A DNA stretch of 63,791 nt, filler included, from Octopus bimaculoides (lineage: Eukaryota), in assembly GCF_001194135.2 (NCBI RefSeq). It is 6 parts of 5 records of this genome, joined end to end, with 100 filler letters (N's around TTAATTAATTAA, not from the genome) between each part and the next. Parts side by side here need not be neighbours in the genome. Positions count along the whole stretch, not along the records: positions 1 to 10,619 come from NC_068989.1; 5 more parts are not named here. One strand, 5' to 3'. Made by a program: the position numbers and the translations under genes. A model generated the notes under the pieces. The model had not been told where the DNA came from, searched no databases, and worked only from the letters and a program-made list of their open reading frames with translations. Within the stretch, counting starts at the first letter, position 1. Each line of letters begins with the position of its first letter. Positions 1 to 10,199 of this stretch are shown here, one piece after another.

Positions 1-274
1 ATATATCGATGAATGATATATATAATATGTTATACGTCGATAACATAGATGACCAGTAATGAAAGACCACAACCGTATTAGATGAATAACAGATATATTT
101 ATTGTAGTGTTAAAGATGTATGTCTGTGTGAGAGTGTGAATGCGACATATAAGTTTGCGTTCTGGCGGGAACGGTTCGAAGAAGTTGCCGATTCGAATAA
201 TGATCAGTCACGTGATGGACAAGGAATGGGTTCTCTACTACGCTCGCATTTATTTATATTTAAATGAGAAGATT

Positions 275-325
275 GTATGTAATGGCGATAGTAGTTTGTA
301 TCTAATGGCGGGAGGTAGTTTCACT
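275..325 (+). promoter_or_regulatory. Candidate core promoter of the zinc-finger gene (YY1-like AATGGCG motifs)
   Basis: AATGGCG occurs at 281-287 and AATGGCGG at 304-311, in a CpG-containing stretch about 3 kb upstream of the ZNF coding exon. Motif-only evidence. Confidence 0.25.
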
Positions 326-1264
326 ACATATATATATATATATTTGTGTGTGTGTAAACAAAAATAAGCTAAGAGAAATAACTCTGAGTGCCCAGTGGCA
401 TGTATTTCTACTACATAAACAGAAGCAAATATATCGAATACTAAACAACATGAATTCTTGATTTACTAAAATTATCTCCACCTTGAGGATACATTAAAAT
501 TACCAAGTGGCAATTAAGACCAGCCCCACTTGAGAAGGGGAGACAATCTCAAGATTAAAAAATTTCAACATTCTTTTAAGAGAGAGGATAGGCTTATTGA
601 ATAGGTATAAGAGAACATCTATGGTTACATGTTTCTGGTTATTTGACTTTATCTCTAGTAGCAAAGGGATTTATACGAATATTTTTGTTTTGTTTATTGG
701 AAAAATAGAAAAATAAGAGTGAGTATTTACTTTATGAGTGCTGTGTATTAAGTATAGAACTGTGTCAAGTATATACAGTGCATTAAGTAATCATCATATT
801 CCAATTTCTTTCACTTTTCAATGAGTATCTTACCATATAGACACAACACAGGCTACACTTTCAGGTGTTTTGGATAATGTTTTCAGAAATAACCCAATAG
901 AGTTACCATTAATTCTGCGGAATATTCATGGGTCTTGCTAGTTATTCAATTAATATTCTATTATGTGGTAAAATACAAAAATAATTATGTTTTTATTATG
1001 TGGGTGATGGGCTGGGGTGAAAGAGGTAAGTGAGAGGAACAAATTTATAGTTGTGAAGGGTGGAATGGGTATAACAGGGAGTAGGGAGAAAGTGATTTGT
1101 GGCAGGAGTATTGAGAATGGGGATGGAGATGGTGGTGGGTTAGTGTAAGTATATCCTATGTTATAAGGTGTGAGAGAAAGATGACTAGCAGGGAGCAAAA
1201 TAACAGAGTAGAGAGTGAGGGAAAGGTACTGAAGAATACAATAAAAGTAGGAAGTATGGAAGAC

Positions 1265-1790
1265 AAACCACACAGTGAGAACCCATCATCTGCAACGACT
1301 AACACAAATCACTAGTGAGTGAATGAATTGATTCACATGGACAGATTAATTGCAATCTGTGAGCTTGCTGCACAACTGGACTGTGGTTACAATGCACTGC
1401 AAAAGATGTTTCAGAGGCAGAGTATAATTTCTGATATCCAAAGTGAGTACCTTGGATAGTTGACACTTGAAGGATGAAAAGACGGAAGTATTTGAAGCCA
1501 ATGAAGATACATTTCTTTCTAATCTGATGATAGAGAATGAAACATGAGCATATTTTTATGATCTGAAAACATTCTCAACTCATGGAATGGCATAACACTT
1601 CTCTAAGGCCTTAGATATTCAGAGGCCAGTGGTAAGTATGGAAAACATGGTGATTGGTTTTGGGGGCACCACAAGCATGTCAGTGACCTCGATTTTCTTG
1701 AACATGGCTGTACCATGATTAGTGAGTGGTAAATTCAGACACTCAAAAAGCTTGCAGAAGCCATGAAGAGGAAAGAGACGGAATAAATCT
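1265..1790 (+). mobile_element. Degenerate mariner transposase remnant
   Basis: Broken translation gives VNELIHMDR..ICELAAQLDCGYNAL.. / FLSNLMIENET*AYFYD / FLEHGCTM..TLKKLAEAMKRKR. This matches the mariner HTH, the (TG)DETW region and the DFLExGxTINS..YIxTLKKL region. Many stops and indels; no TIRs seen. Confidence 0.75.
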
Positions 1791-2846
1791 CTGTAACTGA
1801 TTCACATTCACCATGACAGTGTGTGATTGCATACATCTTTGGCAACAAATAAAGCAATCAGCAAATTGGGCTGCCCAGTGAACTGAATTTTCTTGAAAGG
1901 GATTTACTATGGAAGTAAAACAGTTCTTTTGCAACTTTAATCACCCAAATGTTTAAGTTCATGAGTCATTGTAGTTTTACCTTTTCAGATTTTTTTGCCA
2001 ATGTATTCAGAAAACATGGTGGGAATTCACCAATTTTCATTCATTCATGGCATTGATACTGAGCAGTTCTACAATATTAATATTCTTTTTTTTTCTTCAA
2101 AGCATAGCTTCTTCGCTTGTTGATTTGCCACATTTAGTTCTCTTCAATTACATCTTATACTAACATATTTTTGTTTGGAAACTTTTTTCTAGACATTTTA
2201 ATTCAAGTCTATAAAAAGTAATATTAATCAGCACATTGTTCAGTTACAGCTTCCTACCAATTCAATTATTATTATTCACAAAAAGAGATTCATACATCTT
2301 TTAATGTCTTTTTTCATTCAAGTATTGTTTTTGTTCATCAGTGTAATGTTTCTATTTGATTTACCTGACATAAAATTTGTAGCATCCCTGATAACAATCT
2401 GCCTTTGATAACAGGTCTGCTCCATCAAAACTGACCTGGATATAAATATTAATAATAATAAACAACTGAGGGAGTTTATGTGTAGTTGTTCAACTGGCAA
2501 GAGATAGAAAGTAATTTTATCCCATATCACTGTGTTTTGTGTTGAAGAATATAAGGAAACATTAGATAATATAGTCCTAGATATTCTTGGAGGTCATGGA
2601 AAGAGTGACACTGTCATTCTTCTTCTGACTATATGACAAATGGAAACAAAATAATACCCTTAAAAAGATGGATGGTTATGGTTTAGATGCTTTTAATCAT
2701 GTCTTTTCAAGTTAAACAACAACAAATCACAGAGAAGATAGGCTACATTATTGTCTGACCTTCTAAAATGACACCCAACTTTCCCTCAAATTACACACTA
2801 TAATCCTGAAGGGAAAGGGATACATTGGATTAGTTCAAATGTTCAG

Positions 2847-2963
2847 GTAATTGTTTATATTTATATTGTATTAAAATAGAAATGTAAAATTTTCAATGTT
2901 GAATCTCTTCCTTTTTAACACCCCTCTTATCTTATATAGCTCTTTTATTTTTTATTTTTTCAG
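2847..2963 (+). other. Candidate short 5'UTR intron of the ZNF gene
   Basis: Donor CAG|GTAATT at 2846/2847. Strong acceptor TTTTATTTTTTTATTTTTTCAG| ending at 2963, upstream of the ATG at 3293. Confidence 0.4.
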
Positions 2964-3292
2964 AATATCAGAAGAGATTGCTTTGAAAGTATTTTAACTT
3001 ATCATCCATCATTAATTATCATCTGTTAAGAAAAAAGGAAGATGTTACACAGAACAGATATAACAATGTTTATGTAAACCTGTGATGAATTTGAGTGAAA
3101 CATCTTTTCTGTGTCCAAACTGTTTGCAGCATGATTTTGCAATTTAATTAAACTAGAACAAAATTTCCAAAGGAGTTTGTGACATTTCAAGATACTGAAA
3201 AACATGACTATACCAGTAGAATTATTTGCTTGTAGTACAATAGAAAAACACAGTGACAGTGTCTGTATATCGTGGTGAAAGACAAACAAATT

Positions 3293-3405
3293 ATGGAGAA
3301 TGATGTATTTAAGAACAAGCAAAATGCAAAAGACAGTCAAAAGGAAATTGAGTTACCTAGTGAGAAAATGAAAGGGAAAGTATCAAGCCACTGTAAACTT
3401 GTAAA
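3293..3405 (+). pseudogene. Frameshifted N-terminus of the C2H2 ZNF gene (1-nt deletion in finger 1)
   Basis: ATG at 3293 reads MENDVFKNKQNAKDSQKEIELPSEKMKGKVSSHCK. It continues CAC TGT AAA CT TGT AAA ATG TCA TTC, one base short of a C-x2-C motif that would join the 3406 frame. Confidence 0.7.
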
Positions 3406-4179
3406 ATGTCATTCACTGAAAAAAGTAATCTGACTAGTCACAAATGTATTCATAGCAGAGAGAAATACTATCACTGTGATATCTGTGGTAAATCATTCTT
3501 TCAAAATAATCACTTAACTATACACAAACGTATTCATACTGGACAGAAACCCTATAGCTGTGAGATCTGTGGTAAATCATCCTCTGTAAATAGCTCTCTA
3601 ACTAATCATAAGCGCATTCATACAGGAGAGAAGCCATATCACTGTGATATTTGTGGTTATCTATGCTCTGAAAAAGGTGCTTTAACTCAACACAGACGTG
3701 TTCATACAGGTGTGAAACCTTACAATTATGATGTTTGTGGTAAATTCTTCTCTCGAAAGTATGGGGTAACTATACACAAACATGTTCATACAGGAGAGAA
3801 GATTTATCACTGTAATATCTGTGGAAAATCATTCGCCTCAAATGCTAACTTAACTATTCACAACTGTATTCATACAGGAGAGAAACCATATCATTGTGGT
3901 ATATGTGGTAAAATATTCTCTCAGTCTACAGACTTAACTAAACATAAATGTATTCATACAGGAGAGAGACCATATCAGTGTGATATTTGTGGTAAATCTT
4001 TCTCTGTAAATAGTACCTTAAACAAACACAAAGACATTCATACAGGAGAGAAAGCATATCATTGTGGTGTTTGCAGTAAATCATTCAGTCATGGGAATTC
4101 TTTAACTAGCCACAAACGTATCCATACAGGACTGAAGGCCTATAACTGTGATATCTTCATACTACAAAAGATAAATTAA
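3406..4179 (+). CDS. Tandem C2H2 (Kruppel-type) zinc-finger protein, possibly a decaying paralog
   Basis: 257-aa ORF of CxxC-x12-HxxxH repeats with TGEKPY-type linkers. It has 7 intact fingers, one with first Cys->Tyr (YDVC), a partial N-terminal finger and a truncated last finger (CDIFILQKIN*). Confidence 0.9.
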   Translation: MSFTEKSNLTSHKCIHSREKYYHCDICGKSFFQNNHLTIHKRIHTGQKPYSCEICGKSSSVNSSLTNHKRIHTGEKPYHCDICGYLCSEKGALTQHRRVHTGVKPYNYDVCGKFFSRKYGVTIHKHVHTGEKIYHCNICGKSFASNANLTIHNCIHTGEKPYHCGICGKIFSQSTDLTKHKCIHTGERPYQCDICGKSFSVNSTLNKHKDIHTGEKAYHCGVCSKSFSHGNSLTSHKRIHTGLKAYNCDIFILQKIN

Positions 4180-4303
4180 TCTCTGACTCCTGTACATACA
4201 GAGATAAAATTCCAATTCCCTTCCAAATATACTTATTGTACTCGAACTTAGTCACATATCCCTTTATGTGTGTGTTTGTGTATGCTTGTATATATATATA
4301 TAT

Positions 4304-4340
4304 ACTAGCAGAGATACCCGACCTTGCTCAGGATTAAAAT
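4304..4340 (+). mobile_element. Short terminal fragment of a Helitron-like non-autonomous element
   Basis: ACTAGCAGAGATACCCGACCTTGCTCAGG directly follows (TA)n. It is the same motif as 24816-24844. Confidence 0.4.
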
Positions 4341-4349
4341 GGCATAGAT

Positions 4350-4654
4350 TTTATTGCTTTACTTGTTTCTTCATGTGACTGCGGCCATGGTGGAGCAGCG
4401 CCGTTGGTCGAAGAAATCAACCACAGGATTTATTCTTTGTAAGCGTAGTACTCATTGTGTCAGTGTCTTTTACCAAACCTCTAAGTTACAGGAATGTAAA
4501 CACAGCAACATCAGTTGTCAAGCAATGGTGGGGGTACAAACCCAAGATACAAGCACACACATATACAAATATACACATATATACGACAGTCTTCTTTCAG
4601 TTTCTGAGTAAGAAATTCACTCAAGATTTTGTTCAGCCTGAGGCTATAGTAAGC
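4350..4654 (-). mobile_element. Octopus tRNA-derived CORE-type SINE (OR-like family), 5'-truncated
   Basis: Matches the many other copies in the window: tail TTTACTTGTTTC..TGACTGCGGCCATG, internal CA/TA microsatellite, GAGGCTATAGTA. Confidence 0.8.
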
Positions 4655-4680
4655 ATATATATATATATATATATATGTAT

Positions 4681-5098
4681 ATGCTTTCGGTGCGAATGGC
4701 TTTATTATACGGTGCCGTATTTTACAATCCTGTAAATAATAATAATGGTATTTCTAAATAAGCTTAAAGCTTATGCCGTTCACCGTGCAATGACTAACGA
4801 AAATAGTCTAATAACGGAGCATATAAGCGCTCGACAGAAAAAAGAAGGCTTTCCCATCTTCGTGGGACACGAACCCACATCCCTTTCTTAACATGAATAA
4901 TTGTGGTACATTCACACATGGATAGGAAACCATTTTTTCTGTCGAGTGCTTATATGCCTTGTTATTAGACTATTTCCCTTGGTCATTGATGGTGAACGCC
5001 ATAAACTTTAATGTTATATAAAAATACCCCTAATTATTATTATTTACAGGATTGTAAAATACGGCGTCGTATAAGAAAACCATTTGCATCGAAAGCAT
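4681..5098. mobile_element. Foldback/MITE-like element with about 165-bp inverted arms and a tRNA-like spacer
   Basis: 4681-4843 is the imperfect reverse complement of 4933-5098 (ATGCTTTCGGTGCGAATGG.. / ..CCATTTGCATCGAAAGCAT). Flanked by (TA)n on both sides. Confidence 0.85.
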
Positions 5099-6365
5099 AT
5101 ATATGTATGTGTATATATATATATATAATTTGAAAACACGAAGTTCCGTAACATTGTTTACAAAATAATAGCTGATCGTTTGTGAAGGACCGTGTCTACA
5201 GTCAACACTGAGGATTTTCGCTCTGGTAACTACTGCTGTCTCCCATGTTCACGCACGACCAGCTATATGTTGCTATGAGTAGAGCAACGGATTCAGCAAA
5301 TTTGGAAATTAGTTGTGGATAAATGGAGCAGTAAAACGACGAAATTTTAAAAATCTGTTATCTTTCTTGCTCTGTCTCTTTGCACTGTCGCTAGAAAGGG
5401 ACTTAACTCATGTTTGCAAATGGCTGCGACTTGAAAATTGTTAGAATTTATGGTTTAAAATTATTTTTAATGCAAAAATTCACGTGTTAGGAAGCAACTA
5501 AAAAAAAAAACAAATGGCCGATTCCGGGGATTTTCGACCATGAAGAATCCATTGGTGCGACTCCCAGATGCTATCTTGTAAGGTGTGGATTTCTATAGAT
5601 GCAACACACACACACTCACAAACTCAGCTTTACAATATGTACTGATATATATATNNNNNNNNNNNNNNNNNNNNNNNNNNNNNNNNNNNNNNNNNNNNNN
5701 NNNNNNNNNNNNNNNNNNNNNNNNNNNNNNNNNNNNATTATTTGTATATTCTCCCATATATATATTAGGGACAAAATCCAAAATTACAGGTAAAAACTCA
5801 ATTAAAATCAATTTATAAAAAATTAAAATTAAATTGATGAGTTCATGAACCTTGGTTCTTTTCCCTAAAACTATATATATATATATATATATTTCAATAA
5901 AGAAACCAGCTTATTTATTAGTTAGGAGCATGTAACCTAACTAAAAGAAGGTAATTATTAAAGTTTACACTGCAGGAAATTCCTTAAAATTCTAATTTTA
6001 ATATATCTTTATCAGCACGTGGGTTTCAAGTTTCTTTTACTGAAGATTTCAACTATAGAAAGCAAATTTAAATTTACTGCAAGATCGCAATTTTTAATGC
6101 TATCTGATAGTTCCCTTTTTATCTTTTCTCTTTCTGATATACTTCATTGCACTACTTTCTACAGACATATCAGTAAAAACTTTATAAGTTTAATCCAGCA
6201 TCAGTCAAATGATGTTGATTCCAGTACTTTTCACATTTGTTAAGTGTTTTTGAAGAAATAGAAAGATAATAAAGAGAAGTGGCTTTAATTTATTTATGTC
6301 AGTTGTACCAAGTATAATTGTCACATTTTCTTTCGACTGAAGTATTTACCCCCAACTTTTTACTT

Positions 6366-6760
6366 TATAATGGGAGGCAAGGTTCACGATATCGGCTGAA
6401 TATCACCTTCTCCCATTAATTTTTGTTCTTTGTGTTGTTTCAGGCTCCAGCAGGCTAGGAAAGAAGTCTTAAGTAAAATGCAAATTCTCAATCAGTTTTA
6501 TTTACAATTTACACAGAAGGTCAATTGTGTTGCTCTCAGCATGCCATCTCAAGCTGTGTGCATTCATTGTATCTTCATTACACGGGCCCATTGCCTCAGG
6601 AGATATGACATGCAGACTAGCCTTGAGACCCAGCCTGCGAAGTGTGTTCACCAAGTGCTTGTGGTGAATAAGAGATAGAATCTGGTTGCTCGGCCCTTAT
6701 ATCTAGTTTGCCATCATGAGCCTCATTGTGATCTCGCACATAGCAAATGGATGCGGGCGT
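6366..6760 (-). repeat. 3' LTR, truncated at its U3 end
   Basis: Begins on plus with TATAATGGGAGGCAAGGTTC.. like 8594. Aligns by eye at roughly 70-75% over about 390 bp. Confidence 0.8.
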
Positions 6761-7305
6761 GAAAAAACAGGTGGCCCAGTGGTGGTAATATAGTGGAGGG
6801 TCAAGTGAGTAGGTTTTGTTGAATGAAAAGTCTGATCTACTAGCTCTGGAAAAGAAGCTAAGAGTGAGTGAAATGCATCACCAGCAGTGGCAACAAAAAA
6901 TGAAGAACTCAGAACAGCATTGGTAGTGGTCTTTGCAGATGTAGACAAAGACATAGAACCATCAACGAGTCTCTGTCTCCTGACATCTATCAATAGATTA
7001 AAATTGTCCAAAAAGTCCGCTCCCAGAATAGGATGCGGTATCTCAGCTACGACAAAAACCCATTGAAAATCTCGACAAAGATTGATATCCAGGCGTAAAG
7101 AAATCTGATCAAATGTAGCAATGGAAGATGAGTCAATTGCATGCAAAACAATGGCAGAACGCTTAGGCCCATCTGCAGTGAGACGAAGAGGCCAAATACT
7201 GCAAGAAGAACCGGTATCAACCATGAAGAGTGTCTTAGACACCAAATCTTTTATGAAGAATGCACGCTGATTAGAAAATGAAGAGGAGGGAATTGACGTG
7301 CTCAA
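6760..7305 (-). pseudogene. Retroviral-type aspartic protease and start of RT of the Gypsy element
   Basis: ORF 6703-7305 has a DTG catalytic motif, ILGADFL, and HYITTTGPPVFSRP (RT N-terminal linker). It then reads into LTR sequence. Confidence 0.85.
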
Positions 7306-8580
7306 TTCCTCTGAGACTCATTTTTTGACGATTGGAAAGAACAAGGCTGAATGCACTTACGGGCTTTATGCTGATACCTGATGTGGTACTGACAAAGACC
7401 AAAACTAGAGGAAAAGGAATCGGTCGAGTGTGAACNNNNNNNNNNNNNNNNNNNNNNNNNNNNNNNNNNNNNNNNNNNNNNNNNNNNNNNNNNNNNNNNN
7501 NNNNNNNNNNNNNNNNNNNNNNNNNNNNNNNNNNNNNNNNNNNNNNNNNNNNNNNNNNNNNNNNNNNNNNNNNNNNNNNNNNNNNNNNNNNNNNNNNNNN
7601 NNNNNNNNNNNNNNNNNNNNNNNNNNNNNNNNNNNNNNNNNNNNNNNNNNNNNNNNNNNNNNNNNNNNNNNNNNNNNNNNNNNNNNNNNNNNNNNNNNNN
7701 NNNNNNNNNNNNNNNNNNNNNNNNNNNNNNNNNNNNNNNNNNNNNNNNNNNNNNNNNNNNNNNNNNNNNNNNNNNNNNNNNNNNNNNNNNNNNNNNNNNN
7801 NNNNNNNNNNNNNNNNNNNNNNNNNNNNNNNNNNNNNNNNNNNNNNNNNNNNNNNNNNNNNNNNNNNNNNNNNNNNNNNNNNNNNNNNNNNNNNNNNNNN
7901 NNNNNNNNNNNNNNNNNNNNNNNNNNNNNNNNNNNNNNNNNNNNNNNNNNNNNNNNNNNNNNNNNNNNNNNNNNNNNNNNNNNNNNNNNNNNNNNNNNNN
8001 NNNNNNNNNNNNNNNNNNNNNNNNNNNNNNNNNNNNNNNNNNNNNNNNNNNNNNNNNNNNNNNNNNNNNNNNNNNNNNNNNNNNNNNNNNNNNNNNNNNN
8101 NNNNNNNNNNNNNNNNNNNNNNNNNNNNNNNNNNNNNNNNNNNNNNNNNNNNNNNNNNNNNNNNNNNNNNNNNNNNNNNNNNNNNNNNNNNNNNNNNNNN
8201 NNNNNNNNNNNNNNNNNNNNNNNNNNNNNNNNNNNNNNNNNNNNNNNNNNNNNNNNNNNNNNNNNNNNNNNNNNNNNNNNNNNNNNNNNNNNNNNNNNNN
8301 NNNNNNNNNNNNNNNNNNNNNNNNNNNNNNNNTCATTTGTGCTGAAAGAAAACAAAACAAAATGCCAAAAGCACTGTGAATGTATGTGTGCTGTACCAAC
8401 AATTTTTTTTTTTTCTTCTTGTCAGTTGAAAAAAATTTGCCAGAAAATGGCGCACGATTGGTAAAGTCCTGTTTCCACGTGGGGCAATTCAAATGTGGTG
8501 GCAAACGGAACGATAGCTGGCAGTTAAGTGGAGTCTTCTGGTGTGCTGTAGCTTCTTTTGGCTGTTGGAAATTCTTCACT

Positions 8581-8591
8581 CGTGGTCACCA
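8581..8591 (-). promoter_or_regulatory. Primer-binding site of the LTR element
   Basis: Minus-strand TGGTGACCACG lies 2 nt after the LTR end. TGG is complementary to the tRNA CCA end. Confidence 0.7.
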
Positions 8592-8593
8592 TT

Positions 8594-9067
8594 TATAATG
8601 GGAGGCAAGGTTCTCGATATCGGTTGAATATCGCCTTCTCCCATTAATTTCTTATTCTTCATGTTGCTTAAGGCTCCAACAGTCGAGTAAAGAAGTATTA
8701 GGCAAAATGCAGGTTCTCAAACAGTTTTATTTACACTATACACAAGGGTGAAAGTGCGTTGCTCTCTGAAGCCATCTCAAGCGATGTGAGTTTGTTGTTC
8801 TTCGTTATGCAGGCCCATTGCCTCAGGAGATACGATAAGTGGATTACACTAGAGGCCTAGCGAGTGAAGTGTGCTCTGCAAGCGGTCGCAGGGAAAAAGA
8901 GAGATCAAACCTCGTTGCTTTTTCCTTTTTATTTTGTTTGCCATTGTGAGCCTTGTGATTTTGCGCATGGCAAATGAATGCAGGTGAGGTCTTGCTCCAG
9001 TCTCAGAGATTGCAGTGGCTGCCACGAGATCTCATCCAATATGGCGCTGACTGCTTGTGCTGCTACA
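8594..9067 (-). repeat. 5' LTR
   Basis: The minus strand starts TGTAGCAGCACAAGC at 9067 and ends ..CCCATTATA before the PBS. Confidence 0.8.
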
Positions 9068-9099
9068 ACCTCAATGACAAAGTAAAAAAAAAGAAAGAA

Positions 9100-10100
9100 A
9101 GAGTAAACAACACTTTTTTTGTAGTTTTAAGCATTCAAAATGTATTTAATGTGATAGTACAAACTTAGGATCTTTTTTAAAACGTGGGCCACATTTTTCA
9201 TTAACGAAACACTTTGAAACTTGGAACACTGGTAGAATGTGTCATATAAAACATCTTTTTCTCTTAGTNNNNNNNNNNNNNNNNNNNNNNNNNNNNNNNN
9301 NNNNNNNNNNNNNNNNNNNNNNNNNNNNNNNNNNNNNNNNNNNNNNNNNNNNNNNNNNNNNNNNNNNNNNNNNNNNNNNNNNNNNNNNNNNNNNNNNNNN
9401 NNNNNNNNNNNNNNNNNNNNNNNNNNNNNNNNNNNNNNNNNNNNNNNNNNNNNNNNNNNNNNNNNNNNNNNNNNNNNNNNNNNNNNNNNNNNNNNNNNNN
9501 NNNNNNNNNNNNNNNNNNNNNNNNNNNNNNNNNNNNNNNNNNNNNNNNNNNNNNNNNNNNNNNNNNNNNNNNNNNNNNNNNNNNNNNNNNNNNNNNNNNN
9601 NNNNNNNNNNNNNNNNNNNNNNNNNNNNNNNNNNNNNNNNNNNNNNNNNNNNNNNNNNNNNNNNNNNNNNNNNNNNNNNNNNNNNNNNNNNNNNNNNNNN
9701 NNNNNNNNNNNNNNNNNNNNNNNNNNNNNNNNNNNNNNNNNNNNNAACAGCAAATTTAAAAAGAAAAAAGAAAAACGAAGCTATGGAAATTAAATACGCT
9801 TTACACCGCTTAATCAGCCAAAGGAGTAAATATAAACAACTGAATACTTGTCAGTGATTGGTTGAAATTATCGAAATAAGACAATTTTTTACATGAAATA
9901 AATTCGAATACAAAAATATTTTTCTGTTCTATAACACAAAATAGATAAGTATACGAAGTTTGAAAGTCTTTCGGTACCAAAAACACTACGTAAAACATTA
10001 ATGAAAAATGTGGCCCCCGTTTTAAAAAAGATCCCAAACTTAAAAGATTTATCTAAAAACAAAATAGCTGATTACAAATTAAATATAAAAAAAAAAACAT
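9100..10100. mobile_element. Inverted-repeat element (probable non-autonomous DNA transposon) spanning a gap
   Basis: GGATCTTTTTTAAAACGTGGGCCACATTTTTCATTAA (about 9168-9204) is the reverse complement of TTAATGAAAAATGTGGCCCCCGTTTTAAAAAAGATCC (about 9997-10034). Weaker similarity continues on both sides. Confidence 0.6.
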
Positions 10101-10199
10101 TTTGTTGACCGCATTCAATCAATTTCTTGATCAAATCACCTGCATCACAAATTCACATGCCCAATTGTCAACAGATAAGTAAATCAAGTGGTTTCAATA

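Larger units (their letters stand above)
6366..9067 (-). mobile_element. Internally deleted Gypsy-type LTR retrotransposon (LTR-PBS-gag-pro-partial LTR)
   Basis: Direct repeats at 6366-6760 and 8594-9067. PBS TGGTGACCACG. Gag ends LCQYHIRYQHKARKCIQPCSF. Protease contains VDTGSSCSIWP and ILGADFL. RT/RNaseH/integrase are absent. An assembly gap covers the middle of gag. Confidence 0.85.

Noticed and set aside
4844-4932. Functional tRNA gene (also the SINE heads at 13806, 51290 and 61100)
   Set aside because: No intact anticodon arm or full cloverleaf. These are tRNA-derived repeat heads.
7302-9857. Long ORF-track entries spanning N runs (also 18103-18631, 34935-36107, 44094-44737, 47714-49615, 58125-58910)
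   Set aside because: Their length comes from X residues across assembly gaps. They are not evidence of genes.
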